Source: Zestosphaera tikiterensis (lineage in GTDB: Archaea; Thermoproteota; Thermoprotei_A; Sulfolobales; NBVN01). Taken from it: 32,000 nucleotides of DNA. The notes beneath the pieces were generated by a model. That model made no database searches, was not told the origin of the DNA, and worked only from the letters and a program-made list of their open reading frames with translations. This document shows, piece after piece, positions 1-9,212 of the stretch; position 1 is the stretch's first letter, and every line of letters starts with the position of its first letter. The translations under genes were made by a program, and so were the position numbers. Location: assembly GCA_003056265.1 (NCBI GenBank), contig NBVN01000002.1:540001-572000 (forward strand), read 5' to 3'.

Positions 1-696
1 GAGTATTAGGTTTGTGCTTGATAGTATTAGAATTCCTAAAAACGTTGTTAACGTTATTAATATGTTGTCGTCTATGGGGTTGAATTCGTAGTGTTCTATT
101 ATTGATGCTGCCGCAGCTATTGGCAATCCCCAAACGCCTAGGTAGTAAAGCGATATGGGCACACATACTAAGAACATGGCTAGGTTTCCATACCAGGACT
201 TGGTTCTCCTTCTGTATATTAAGTTTCTAGTTATTCCTGTTGCTGCATCACCTATAGACATGAAGAGTATTGGAACTAAGCCGTAGATCGGTGTTCCGAA
301 GATAAGCCATGAAGCGAATAGTACTATGCCCCAAGCAAGGCAGAAATTCACTTCATACATGTTTTCAGGTACTTGAAACCAATCCATTAGCTTCCCTGTT
401 TTATGCGGTAACCAAGTAACTATAGCTAACACTAACGCAAGAATTAACGGGATGGTAGGTGAGGTGAAGAATATAGGAACTAAAAAAGCTACTACACCAC
501 CTGCGAAGACGTGGATAAGTTTCCTGTTGAAGTAAACAGCCACGTTATGCGGGAATCTAAACTTAAGCATTAATCCGTAGGTGTATTTAGTACCGTAAAC
601 AACACCTAAAACGTAGATAAACAGAGCTAAAGCGATTAACGTTTCGTAAACTGGGTTTTGAGGGGGGAGAACCTCAACATGCATCCTTAAATCCAT
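1..696 (-). CDS. Polyprenol (dolichol) kinase-like integral membrane protein, truncated by the left window edge
   Basis: My own translation of the minus strand from 696 to 1 has no stop. It is absent from the ORF track because it runs off the window. Start is ATG at 696 (or 684); an in-frame TGA lies at 717-715. The sequence is multi-TM and hydrophobic, with ...MSIGDAATGITRN..., ...KSWYGNLAMF... and ...EFNPIDDN..., which resemble the CTP-dependent dolichol/phytol kinase family. Confidence 0.5.
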   Translation of the reverse strand, partial: MDLRMHVEVLPPQNPVYETLIALALFIYVLGVVYGTKYTYGLMLKFRFPHNVAVYFNRKLIHVFAGGVVAFLVPIFFTSPTIPLILALVLAIVTWLPHKTGKLMDWFQVPENMYEVNFCLAWGIVLFASWLIFGTPIYGLVPILFMSIGDAATGITRNLIYRRRTKSWYGNLAMFLVCVPISLYYLGVWGLPIAAAASIIEHYEFNPIDDNILITLTTFLGILILSSTNLIL

Positions 697-788
697 ACCT
701 AACGCCTCCACACTTCATAATATACTTATTGAAAACCTTTTATTTTTTTCCGTCTTTTGATTAAGCATAACCTCCATTAAAAATTCTT

Positions 789-885
789 TGGTGGGCCCGC
801 GGGGACTCGAACCCCGGACCTCCGCCTCTCGCAGGCTTCCTAAGCTCGTAAGGGCGGCGTCCTAACCAGGCTAGACGACGGGCCC
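789..885 (-). tRNA. tRNA-Val (anticodon UAC) with a ~19-nt intron 3' of position 37; CCA encoded
   Basis: The minus strand reads GGGCCCG-TC-GTCT..AGGAC-G-CCGCC-CTTACG[AGCTTAGGAAGCCTGCGAG]A-GGCGG-AGGTC-CGGGG-TTCGAGT-CCCCG-CGGGCCC-A-CCA. This gives a full cloverleaf with GC-rich stems. Confidence 0.9.
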
Positions 886-912
886 ACACCGTTTAGTTAT
901 TTCAACGACAAA

Positions 913-921
913 CTTATAAAT
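913..921 (-). promoter_or_regulatory. TATA box for tRNA-Val
   Basis: The minus strand reads ATTTATAAG, about 29-36 nt upstream of the tRNA 5' end. Confidence 0.4.
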
Positions 922-994
922 GTTTTCAACTTTATTTCTAAGGCATTACGGCAAACTATAAAAACCCCATTAAGACAATTGCATAGGTGGTAAC

Positions 995-1126
995 TTGAGA
1001 AACTTCGATAAGGCTTTAAAATCTCTTAAGATTATGAGGAGGTTTTACGAAAGGCTTGAATGGAGTGAGGATGTCGAGGCTGTTGATGAGGTTGCTGTGA
1101 GGGTTTTAAAGGAGGGTGCCTACTAA
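995..1126 (+). CDS. Possible small protein (43 aa; TTG start, internal ATG)
   Basis: My translation is LRNFDKALKSLKIMRRFYERLEWSEDVEAVDEVAVRVLKEGAY*, with AGGTGG 5 nt upstream. It is too short for the ORF track and has no recognisable family. Confidence 0.2.
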   Translation: MRNFDKALKSLKIMRRFYERLEWSEDVEAVDEVAVRVLKEGAY

Positions 1127-1692
1127 CTCTTGCTTAAGTCTTCCAACCCTAAGTTTATTAACGTTTTTATTAAGACTTCCTTACAAGGTTTTAACGCGTC
1201 CTTACTTAATAACTCTTTAATTGCTTTAACGTTGTTTTCCGATATTTCCTTAACCTCAACGTAACCTGCTTTTAAGTATTTAAGGCTTTGTAGGGTTGTT
1301 GACGTATAATCAGCTAATTTAACGATTAAAGCTTCGAGGCTCTCCCCCTTATTTAACTCCGTGATTAAAGGTGCGTATTTACTTAAGCCTAACTCGCTCA
1401 ACGCCTCCAACTCTAGGGACTCTATGTCTTTGCCTAACCTGCTTTTAACCCATTTAACCACGTCACCCATCACAGCCTCCGGGATGTCGTGAATTAAACT
1501 CATTTTTAAGATTTTCTCTACGTCTACCTTACCGCATGAGTTGCTTACCTCCTCAGCTATGATTAAAGCTATTAAAGACACTTCGAAGGTATGTGAGGCT
1601 ACCGTCTCAGCTAAGGCGTTTGGAACCCCCCTTAACATCCAGCCCGTTCTAGACACGTACTTAAGGTTCATAACCTTGCTTAAGTTCGTCAA
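1123..1692 (-). CDS. HD-domain hydrolase, YfbR-like 5'-deoxynucleotidase family
   Basis: Contains RTGWMLRGV...ETVASHTFEV...LIHDIPEAVMGD, the H...HD...D pattern of the HD_3/YfbR family. Confidence 0.75.
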   Translation of the reverse strand: MTNLSKVMNLKYVSRTGWMLRGVPNALAETVASHTFEVSLIALIIAEEVSNSCGKVDVEKILKMSLIHDIPEAVMGDVVKWVKSRLGKDIESLELEALSELGLSKYAPLITELNKGESLEALIVKLADYTSTTLQSLKYLKAGYVEVKEISENNVKAIKELLSKDALKPCKEVLIKTLINLGLEDLSKS

Positions 1693-1702
1693 TCAACACC
1701 AC

Positions 1703-2500
1703 CTACTCAGGATATACCTTATGTTCGTTACCGTTTATTAACGCGTAGACCTCAAAGTATTTTTCAATCCCGCTACTTAATATCTTAGGTCTTAAAACAG
1801 CCTCTATCTGGAAAAGCCCTGCGAAGTCATTCATATGCACTTCAATACGTGCTGGGCTGTTAACCCCCTTAGATATCTCAACTCTTTTAATCCCTATAGC
1901 GGAGACTGAATGCATGTCTAACTTACCCATCTTATAAGGTATTCTAGCCCTCCCCTCCGCCATGTCGGTACCGTCAGCTATTTTAACTATGCCTGCCTCT
2001 ACAGTTAAGGCTTTAGTGTTTGATTCGGTAGCGTAGATAGCGTGCATAATCTCATGTCTTAACATGTACTTATACTCTTTAGCCCCCGGCAGGACGTTCT
2101 CCAACAACCTATCTATCAAGTCTTTAGCTAGTAAAGCACCGACGTACTCGTGGTTATGCCTATGTATTGAATTACCTATGTCGTGAAGGTAAGCAGCAAC
2201 TAAAACCACCAGCTTAGCCTCATCTAAGGATCTAGCCGTATTGTAGGCTAGTGTTGAAGGCTTAACGCCCGCATCAATTAAGATCTGCATCAACTCGAGG
2301 GCGGACCCACATACAATCCTAGAGTGGATTACTCCGTGGTCGTTATACCTTAACCTCCCCACAGCCATTATGTTAGACATCTTAATCAACGTCTGCACCT
2401 CTAAATCCCTCTCTAGGAAGTCGTAAGCAGCCCTCAACAACTCAGAACTCTCTAAATGCCTATATATTAGGTTGGGACCCACCGTAACCACATACCACAC
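1703..2500 (-). CDS. HD-domain metal-dependent phosphohydrolase
   Basis: Contains HGVIHSRIV...AAYLHDIGNSIHRHNHE...IADGTD, which is an HD motif plus downstream His/Asp ligands. Confidence 0.7.
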   Translation of the reverse strand: MWYVVTVGPNLIYRHLESSELLRAAYDFLERDLEVQTLIKMSNIMAVGRLRYNDHGVIHSRIVCGSALELMQILIDAGVKPSTLAYNTARSLDEAKLVVLVAAYLHDIGNSIHRHNHEYVGALLAKDLIDRLLENVLPGAKEYKYMLRHEIMHAIYATESNTKALTVEAGIVKIADGTDMAEGRARIPYKMGKLDMHSVSAIGIKRVEISKGVNSPARIEVHMNDFAGLFQIEAVLRPKILSSGIEKYFEVYALINGNEHKVYPE

Positions 2501-2552
2501 CTAAAGTCATAGACGGTTGAAGCTTAATAGGTTTAGCTAAGATCTGCAGTTA

Positions 2553-3989
2553 GTGTGGTGGGTGTTGGACGTTACATACCTTTTGAGGGTTGCCGCCTAC
2601 GCTTTAATATTCGGTCCAGGAATTGCGGTAATGTTAACGCATTCGTTAATCTACCTCACCTCTAGAGCAAGGCATAACGCGTTGAGGGAGGTAGGCGTTG
2701 ACGTAAGCCGTAAAGCAATCGACGGCTTAACAGTCTTAATCCCTATTAAGGGAGAGCCTGAGGAGGTGGTTTTAGAGCTTGTTGAGAACGTGGCTTCAGC
2801 TGTTAGGGGGTTAAGCCGGGATTATGAAGTCATGATAGTTAGCGACGACCCGTATGACGAGATAATCAACGTTAAAGATAGGGTTGAGGGGTTGGCTCGA
2901 AAGCTAGGTTTAAAGAACTTCAACTTCATAATCCGTACTGAAGGCGCTAAAGGAAGGTCCGGAGCTTTAAGTTGGGGGGTTTTAAAAGCTAGGTATGAAG
3001 CAGTTTTAATTATAGACGTAGACACCAGGTTGGAGACCGGGGCTTTAGATAAGGTGGTTAAATGCTTAGAGTTAGGCTATGATTTCTGCGTATGTAGGTG
3101 GGTTGGATACACATATAGAAAGACTAAGTTGGGTGTGGTCCTATCTAAGAGCATGAAGTACGTCGTCGACGTCCTCTACGAAGGGAGGAGTAGGTTAGGG
3201 CTTCCCATATATCCCTTAGGTTCCGGAACGGCTTTTAAGAAGGAGGTCCTACTGAAGGTTGGTTTATGGGATCCTAACGTAGTTCAAGACGACATGCACA
3301 TAGGCACGAAGTTATTTAAGGTTGGGACGACGTCGGCTTTCTTAAACGACGCGTTAATTAAGGTTTCCGTCCCGTCGTCTTTCAACGCCTTCAGAATTCA
3401 GCAGGGTAGGTGGGCTTACGGAGCTATGGAGGCTTTAAGGAAGGGGTATAGGAACATATTGAGTTCTAAGTACGGCTTTAAAGTAAAGCTTGAGTTAATG
3501 CTTTTCTTATGTCAGTACGTGCCGTTAACCACCATAGCCTTATCAACTCTCCTAATACCCCTGCTCACGTTGTCGTTAAGGACGGACTTCCTAAAGCCCG
3601 ACTTACTAACTGCGTCTTTCTTCACGATACCCTTGGCTTTATACGGCTTCAGTATGTACTCATCAACTAAAGACTTAAGCGCGGGTAGGTTAAGAGCTTT
3701 AAGAAGCTTAGGTTCGGCAGCGGCTTTCACGGCAGCCATATCATTCACTACACTTATCTACACTTTAATGGGGTTAACGACAAACAAGTTTAAATATGTT
3801 GTAACACCTAAAGGATCTAAAGAAAGCGTTAAAAGCAACTTCACATTTGAGTTGATTATTCTAACCTACTTAACGATTGTAGGGTTTGTAAGCGTGTTTT
3901 ACGGCTATATATACACTGGGTTGTGGCTGTGGGTTTTAGCGTTGGGTCTCCTCTACACTATAATCAACGCTGAGAAGATCGTTAAGTAA
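2553..3989 (+). CDS. Membrane-embedded family 2 glycosyltransferase, processive type (D, DxD, QDD, QxxRW)
   Basis: Motifs are IVSDD, IDVDT, VQDDMH and QQGRWAYG. There is an N-terminal TM segment and a multi-TM C-terminal half. GTG start. Confidence 0.8.
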   Translation: MWWVLDVTYLLRVAAYALIFGPGIAVMLTHSLIYLTSRARHNALREVGVDVSRKAIDGLTVLIPIKGEPEEVVLELVENVASAVRGLSRDYEVMIVSDDPYDEIINVKDRVEGLARKLGLKNFNFIIRTEGAKGRSGALSWGVLKARYEAVLIIDVDTRLETGALDKVVKCLELGYDFCVCRWVGYTYRKTKLGVVLSKSMKYVVDVLYEGRSRLGLPIYPLGSGTAFKKEVLLKVGLWDPNVVQDDMHIGTKLFKVGTTSAFLNDALIKVSVPSSFNAFRIQQGRWAYGAMEALRKGYRNILSSKYGFKVKLELMLFLCQYVPLTTIALSTLLIPLLTLSLRTDFLKPDLLTASFFTIPLALYGFSMYSSTKDLSAGRLRALRSLGSAAAFTAAISFTTLIYTLMGLTTNKFKYVVTPKGSKESVKSNFTFELIILTYLTIVGFVSVFYGYIYTGLWLWVLALGLLYTIINAEKIVK

Positions 3990-4050
3990 GGTTGGAAGTA
4001 ATTAACAAAGTGAAATATATTACCTCTAAGTTAATTACAGTATTTGAGGG

Positions 4051-4305
4051 TTGAGTTTGATTGAGTTAAATGAGGTTATTGAGTGGTTGAAGAGGTATAG
4101 CGGGTCGTTTATAAACGCTCGTAAACTGGCTCGTAAGCTTAACGTAAGTAGTAAAGTAGCTGGGCACGTTCTTAAGCAGCTTAGGAGGGAAGGTTACGTG
4201 GAGCTCTATAACAAAAGAAGAGGTAGGTTCACCATATATAAAGTCAATAAGAAGAAGTTAAGTGAAGTTCAATCTAAAGCTGTGAATAGGGAGGTGTTAA
4301 TGTAG
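4051..4305 (+). CDS. Small winged-helix DNA-binding protein
   Basis: 84 aa with ...ARKLARKLNVSSKVAGHVLKQLRREGYVE..., a helix-turn-helix plus wing pattern. TTG start. Confidence 0.5.
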   Translation: MSLIELNEVIEWLKRYSGSFINARKLARKLNVSSKVAGHVLKQLRREGYVELYNKRRGRFTIYKVNKKKLSEVQSKAVNREVLM

Positions 4306-4386
4306 GTTAACACTTTAAAACGGGTTTTTCCCTTAATTCATCCCTCACACCTTAACTTCTAACTTCTTTTAATGGTTTGACATGCT

Positions 4387-5313
4387 ATGGACGCTCAACA
4401 CCTCAAACCTAAAGAGGGGGATATGCTTATCTTAACTGACGGCAGTATCTGGGTTTTAAAAGGGTGTTACCATCCTTTAGATGGTTACGTAGCGATACCT
4501 AGAGTTTTCGAAGGCATTAAGTTAAAAACTTTAAGGAAGTCTCTAGAGGTTGTGAGGAAGTACTACAGGCATTTCCTAAGGTATGTTGAGGTAATCGGGG
4601 ATTTAGTTCCCGTCGTTCCTTTAGATTACGTTGTTAAGTATTTAGATAGCTTAAGCTTTAAACCTCAAGAAACGCATTCAGAATTGCTTAACAACGCCTT
4701 AGACTTGTTAGAGCTTCTTAAGGGTTGTGGCTTAACGTGTGGTTTAAGTGGTAGTTTACTAGGTGGTTATTCAGGGGCGGGTTCAGATATAGACTTAACG
4801 TGTTTGGAGGGAGGCATAACTACTTGCGACGTCTACGAATGTCTGAAGATGTTAAGGGAGGAAAACGTTTTAAAGCCTATGGATTTAACTTCAGCTTTGC
4901 GTGAGGTTTACGAGATTAAAGAGCTTTTAAACGTTGACACGCACGTGACGTTTTTAAGGGGTAGGTTAACTCAAGGTATGTTTAAAGGTTTTAACTATAC
5001 GTTGAGGGTTGTGAATTGCGGGCGTGAAGCTAACGTCTTAGGGCCTTACGACTTAACCGTTAAGTCTGAAGTGTTGATTAGGACGTTAACTACAGACTAT
5101 AGAACTCCGTCCGTATATGAGGTTCAGTTGCTTAAGCCTAAAAACCCTCTAGTTAAGCGTGCGTTTCTACACACGTATAGAGTAAGACTTACGGAATTAC
5201 CTGAAGGTACCCTCATCTACGGTTACGGGAGGGTATCGTTTAAAACCGGACGAGATGTTGAAGCCGTAGTAAGCTTCGACTCTGAGGATTCTCAGGTGAT
5301 CTCCGTAGTTTAA
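4387..5313 (+). CDS. Predicted nucleotidyltransferase (Pol-beta superfamily core) with a beta-rich C-terminal domain
   Basis: Contains GLSGSLLGGYSGAGSDIDLTC, the G[SG]...D.D minimal NTase motif. The C-terminal third is beta-strand-like and could be an OB fold. Confidence 0.55.
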   Translation: MDAQHLKPKEGDMLILTDGSIWVLKGCYHPLDGYVAIPRVFEGIKLKTLRKSLEVVRKYYRHFLRYVEVIGDLVPVVPLDYVVKYLDSLSFKPQETHSELLNNALDLLELLKGCGLTCGLSGSLLGGYSGAGSDIDLTCLEGGITTCDVYECLKMLREENVLKPMDLTSALREVYEIKELLNVDTHVTFLRGRLTQGMFKGFNYTLRVVNCGREANVLGPYDLTVKSEVLIRTLTTDYRTPSVYEVQLLKPKNPLVKRAFLHTYRVRLTELPEGTLIYGYGRVSFKTGRDVEAVVSFDSEDSQVISVV

Positions 5314-5316
5314 AAC

Positions 5317-6165
5317 CTACTGTTGATTGGGTAGGGTGTTTGCTTCCGCAGTGTTTGGTTCACCGACTTCCTTAAATATCTTATCTAAGACCTCCTTATC
5401 TATTTCGAAAACCTCATCAGCTATTTTCCTCACGTAATCATCTGAAGGTGTTGTTTTAGGTATTCCAGTCTCCAACGATATTAACTGCTTACGTATTTCC
5501 TTATCGACTCTGTTTTTAATGAGTCCATGACGTATCTCCTCAGCCAGCTTAACAGACACTATAAACTTAGCGAACCTCCTAAGCGTGTCTTCCTGTTCTG
5601 GAAAGGCTGCGTAGAGCTTCTTTAAAGCTTTAAGCGTTGTCTCAAAAGGCTCGAAGTCTAGGTAGTATAGAGTTAACGCTAGTCGAAGTACTTTAGCTAT
5701 GTCTGCTTCGCTGAAGTTAGGCAGGATCTTAAGCACTTCCTCCCTAACGTTATTGTTGTTGATAGACAGCAAAACATGCAGGACTTCCTCATACTTGACT
5801 TCAGGCTCGAAAACCTTAATTAGGAAGTCTCGATAGTCTTCAAACATCTTCAAACCTCTAGTGGCTATCACGTATATGCTGATTAACTCCTTCTCATATA
5901 TGTCTGCGGGTTTGGAAGCACCTCTGAAAGGCTCTACCTTAGCCTCATTTAAGTATTTCTTAACCAACTCAACAGCCAACTCCCTAGTGGGTTTTTCACT
6001 GTTTACTAACTCACCCAACGCGTTAACATACGCTTTAACCCTCCTTCTTTTGGAGTCGCTCACTTCAGCACACCCCGTCAGCGAAACACTAACCCCACTA
6101 TACCTTATCTTATAATGTGGAGGACTTTTTAAGTGGGTCAGTAATGAAGTCCTTACCTTCAGCAA
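5317..6165 (-). CDS. Hypothetical alpha-helical protein
   Basis: Long ORF with host-like codon usage and no motif I recognise. The start is uncertain. A TATA-like ATTATAAG (6106-6116, minus) lies inside the annotated N-terminus, and an in-frame GTG at 6063 is an alternative start. Confidence 0.5.
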   Translation of the reverse strand: MLKVRTSLLTHLKSPPHYKIRYSGVSVSLTGCAEVSDSKRRRVKAYVNALGELVNSEKPTRELAVELVKKYLNEAKVEPFRGASKPADIYEKELISIYVIATRGLKMFEDYRDFLIKVFEPEVKYEEVLHVLLSINNNNVREEVLKILPNFSEADIAKVLRLALTLYYLDFEPFETTLKALKKLYAAFPEQEDTLRRFAKFIVSVKLAEEIRHGLIKNRVDKEIRKQLISLETGIPKTTPSDDYVRKIADEVFEIDKEVLDKIFKEVGEPNTAEANTLPNQQ

Positions 6166-6197
6166 CGCTTAAAACATCTTAACGTGTTTAATCATAG

Positions 6198-6470
6198 GTG
6201 GTCGAAATGTTGAAAGCGCAAAGGCAGGCTATCTACTTAGTGAGGAAGGGTGTTGAGGAGATAGTTGTCGAGCATTACCGAACACCAGACGGTAAGTCGT
6301 TTGTCGTAGTTCATAAGTCTTTAGAAGGGAGTTACGAAACTAGCGAGGGGGACGTTAAGGAGTGGAAGCTACTTGAGCTTGAAGATTTTAAGGAAGTTAA
6401 AGACGCAGCGGTAGATTTCGAGACTTTACCGCCTGAGATTAGGAAAGCTGTCTCCTTAGTTTATAGGTAG
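6198..6470 (+). CDS. Hypothetical small acidic protein
   Basis: 90-aa ORF divergent from the previous gene. No recognisable motif. Confidence 0.4.
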   Translation: MVEMLKAQRQAIYLVRKGVEEIVVEHYRTPDGKSFVVVHKSLEGSYETSEGDVKEWKLLELEDFKEVKDAAVDFETLPPEIRKAVSLVYR

Positions 6471-6530
6471 TGAAGCCCTACGTCTAGATTTAAACTCCCT
6501 AACTATTTGTTTTGTGAGGGTGGTTAAGCA

Positions 6531-7526
6531 GTGTCAGCTTTAGTTAAGTTAAGGCTTTCGATGTTAGGCATTATGGCTTTAGTTATAGGTATCGCTACGT
6601 TGTTAGTTACGGCTATAATGTACGCTTTAATGCCTGAGACGGACTTCGCGGTGTTGATTTACGGGTCTTTAGCGTTTATCGTTTTAATTAACGTCATGCA
6701 GTGGTTGATCGGTCCTAAAATCATAGAGGCTATGTATAGAGTAAGACCTCTTAAACCTCATGAGTACGGGTGGTTAGTTACTTCAGTTGAGAGGGTTGCT
6801 AAGGCTTCCGGCCTTAAGAAAGTTCCTAACGTAGGTATAGCTGAAGTCAGCGTTCCAAACGCGTTCGCGTACGGTAACTTAGTATTCGGTTATAAAGTAG
6901 CTGTCACTAGAGGCTTACTTGAGGCTTTACCTCCTGAGGAGGTTGAAGCAGTTATAGCGCATGAGGTAGGGCATATAAGACATAGGGATGTTGAGGTTAT
7001 GATGTTGATTAGCATACTTCCCGCGTTACTGTATTGGTTGGGTAGGACGTTAATAATATTCGGCGGGTTTGGATACAGTGATAGAAGACGTCAAGCTTCT
7101 TTCATTCCTGTCTTAGCCGGCTTCGGTTTATTCGCAGTGTCGTTTTTAATGAATTTCTTCGTGCTCTACATAAGTAGGTTGAGAGAGCATTACGCAGATT
7201 CAAACGCTGTTTTAACCGTGGATAACGGAGGCAGGAAGTTACAGAGGGCTTTAGCAAGGATCTTAATAGCTTCAGGTCAATTAAGGAATTTCAGACCTTC
7301 AGAGTTGAACACAGCGTCTAAGCTTAAAGCGTTTCTAATATCGGATCCTGAGGTCGGGATTGCCGCAGGCTTTAGAGACATAGACAGCGTGGTTGAATGG
7401 ATTAAGTCAAGGCCTAGGCTTTCACATATGGAGATCTTCTCAACGCATCCGGACCCGGCTAAAAGGTTTAGATTTATAGACAGTTTAGAGAAGGAGATCA
7501 GAAGTCGTAGAGGGTTTCTAACTTAA
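6531..7526 (+). CDS. htpX: HtpX-like M48 zinc metalloprotease
   Basis: Contains HEVGHIRHRD (HExxH) between TM segments and has the typical HtpX topology. GTG start. Confidence 0.85.
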   Translation: MSALVKLRLSMLGIMALVIGIATLLVTAIMYALMPETDFAVLIYGSLAFIVLINVMQWLIGPKIIEAMYRVRPLKPHEYGWLVTSVERVAKASGLKKVPNVGIAEVSVPNAFAYGNLVFGYKVAVTRGLLEALPPEEVEAVIAHEVGHIRHRDVEVMMLISILPALLYWLGRTLIIFGGFGYSDRRRQASFIPVLAGFGLFAVSFLMNFFVLYISRLREHYADSNAVLTVDNGGRKLQRALARILIASGQLRNFRPSELNTASKLKAFLISDPEVGIAAGFRDIDSVVEWIKSRPRLSHMEIFSTHPDPAKRFRFIDSLEKEIRSRRGFLT

Positions 7527-8253
7527 CGTAGTTTTTATCAGGTATGAATGGTAGGACATGCCTAGTTGTTTTAGGCGGGTAAACACCGCCTTTACTTACG
7601 TACTCCATGATCTCCTTCTTCGTGTAGATACGCCTAACGAAGACGTAATCCACCTCACCACTCCTTAAATCTACTTCAGCATCTTCTATAAGTCCATACC
7701 AAGACAGGACTACCTTACTCTCTACGTTTAGCTTATCTAAAGCTCTAATAACAGCTCTCTGTTCCTCAACACCTCCTTTAACTACGTAACACTCGTTAAC
7801 TCCGAATATCATGAACGCTACGTCAGTTAGGTGGTGGTTCGTGACGTTGCCAATCCTTAAGTCGCATTTCAAAACGTGTATGTTCCTACCTTCAACTTCC
7901 TTAATTAACGCTTGGAAATCCCCTGAGATGGCTGGATACCACGTGTAGACCTTCACGTTAGGGTCGAAGTAGTTAATCACTATAGATGGGATTTTACTAG
8001 CGCCTAACTCCTTAAGTGCTGCCCACCTATGGTGGCCGTCAATTATCAAATACTTGTTAAGCCCCTCTATAGGAGCCGCTATTATAGGCATGTCTACGGC
8101 GTTTAACTCTTTAATCATTTTAACTATGTCGTTAAGTCTTTCAGTAACTATCTCCTCATGAGGTAGTAGGGAATCTAAACTTAGTAATACGTGATCCACC
8201 TTCTTCACAGGTATGTTGTACTTCGGTATCTTCACCTTCACCTTCTGTGACAA
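7498..8253 (-). CDS. serK: ParB/sulfiredoxin-fold protein, free L-serine kinase (SerK) family candidate
   Basis: Contains LLPHEE...LIIDGHHRWAAL (ParB/Srx signature) plus C-terminal ...VYTWYP... and ...PKTTRHVLPF... The length and layout match what I recall of archaeal serine kinase. It is the last gene of a cluster with serA and an aminotransferase. Confidence 0.6.
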   Translation of the reverse strand: MSQKVKVKIPKYNIPVKKVDHVLLSLDSLLPHEEIVTERLNDIVKMIKELNAVDMPIIAAPIEGLNKYLIIDGHHRWAALKELGASKIPSIVINYFDPNVKVYTWYPAISGDFQALIKEVEGRNIHVLKCDLRIGNVTNHHLTDVAFMIFGVNECYVVKGGVEEQRAVIRALDKLNVESKVVLSWYGLIEDAEVDLRSGEVDYVFVRRIYTKKEIMEYVSKGGVYPPKTTRHVLPFIPDKNYVKLETLYDF

Positions 8254-8278
8254 TAAAGCACCACCTAAGCGTTAAAAA

Positions 8279-9208
8279 CTACTTCTTAGTTAACCCGAAA
8301 AACTCTATAACCTTCTTAACTACCTCTAAGCCGGCCCTCTCCTGAGCTTCCTCAGTTGAAGCACCTATATGAGGCGTTAACACTACGTTATCCAGCTTTG
8401 TTAGTGGGTGGTTTTGTGGTAGTGGTTCTTCTTCGAATACGTCTAGTCCTGCTCCAGCAATCCAACCTTCATTTAAAGCTTTAACTAACGCGTTAGTATC
8501 GACAACACCACCCCTAGAAGTATTAATTAAAACAGCTGAAGACTTCATCAACTTAAGCCTAGACTCATTAATTAAATGTTTGGTTTCAGGAGTTAGCGGG
8601 ACATGAATCGAGACGACGTCAGCCTTCTTCAATAAAGTTTCTAAATCTACGTATGTTGCTTCAAGCTCTTCCTCAAGTTTTGGATCTGCTCTAGCGATGT
8701 CGTAGTAAATGACTTTCATCCCGAAGCCTTTCTTAGCTATTCTAGCTACTTCCCTCCCTATCCTGCCGAAGCCTACCACACCTAAGATCTTACCTCTTAA
8801 TTCAATCCCCTCAGCTTCTTTCTTAACCCATTTACCCTCCCTCATCTTTCTATCTGCGTAAGCTATCTTCCTAACAACTGCTAACATTAAACCTATGGTT
8901 AATTCAGCCACGCTTACCGTAGGCGCTTCAGGAGCGCTGAAGACTTTAATCCCCCTCGCCTCAGCTGCTTTGACGTCAATGTTATCTAAACCTACGCCGG
9001 CCCTAGCTATAGCTTTTAACTTACTACCCCTGCTTATCACGGCGGCCGTGATTAAAGGCTTACTCCTAACGAACACTACGTCCACGTCCTCAATAAGTTT
9101 AAGGAGTTTATCTTCGGGCGGGTATTCCTCATAAACCACTTCAAAACCGGCTTCTTGAAGCATTCTCAACGCGTCCTTATGTAGTGGGGCAGCAACTAAA
9201 GCTTTCAT
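8279..9208 (-). CDS. serA: D-3-phosphoglycerate dehydrogenase (short type, no ACT domain) / D-2-hydroxyacid dehydrogenase
   Basis: Contains the GVVGFGRIGREVA Rossmann motif and the catalytic ...TSRGGVVD...LDVFEEEP...TPHIGAST... pattern. Confidence 0.75.
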   Translation of the reverse strand: MKALVAAPLHKDALRMLQEAGFEVVYEEYPPEDKLLKLIEDVDVVFVRSKPLITAAVISRGSKLKAIARAGVGLDNIDVKAAEARGIKVFSAPEAPTVSVAELTIGLMLAVVRKIAYADRKMREGKWVKKEAEGIELRGKILGVVGFGRIGREVARIAKKGFGMKVIYYDIARADPKLEEELEATYVDLETLLKKADVVSIHVPLTPETKHLINESRLKLMKSSAVLINTSRGGVVDTNALVKALNEGWIAGAGLDVFEEEPLPQNHPLTKLDNVVLTPHIGASTEEAQERAGLEVVKKVIEFFGLTKK

Positions 9209-9212
9209 AAAA

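Noticed and set aside
7498-7526. 29-nt 3'-end overlap of the convergent htpX and serK ORFs
   Set aside because: Short convergent overlaps are common in compact archaeal genomes, and nothing suggests a functional antisense interaction.
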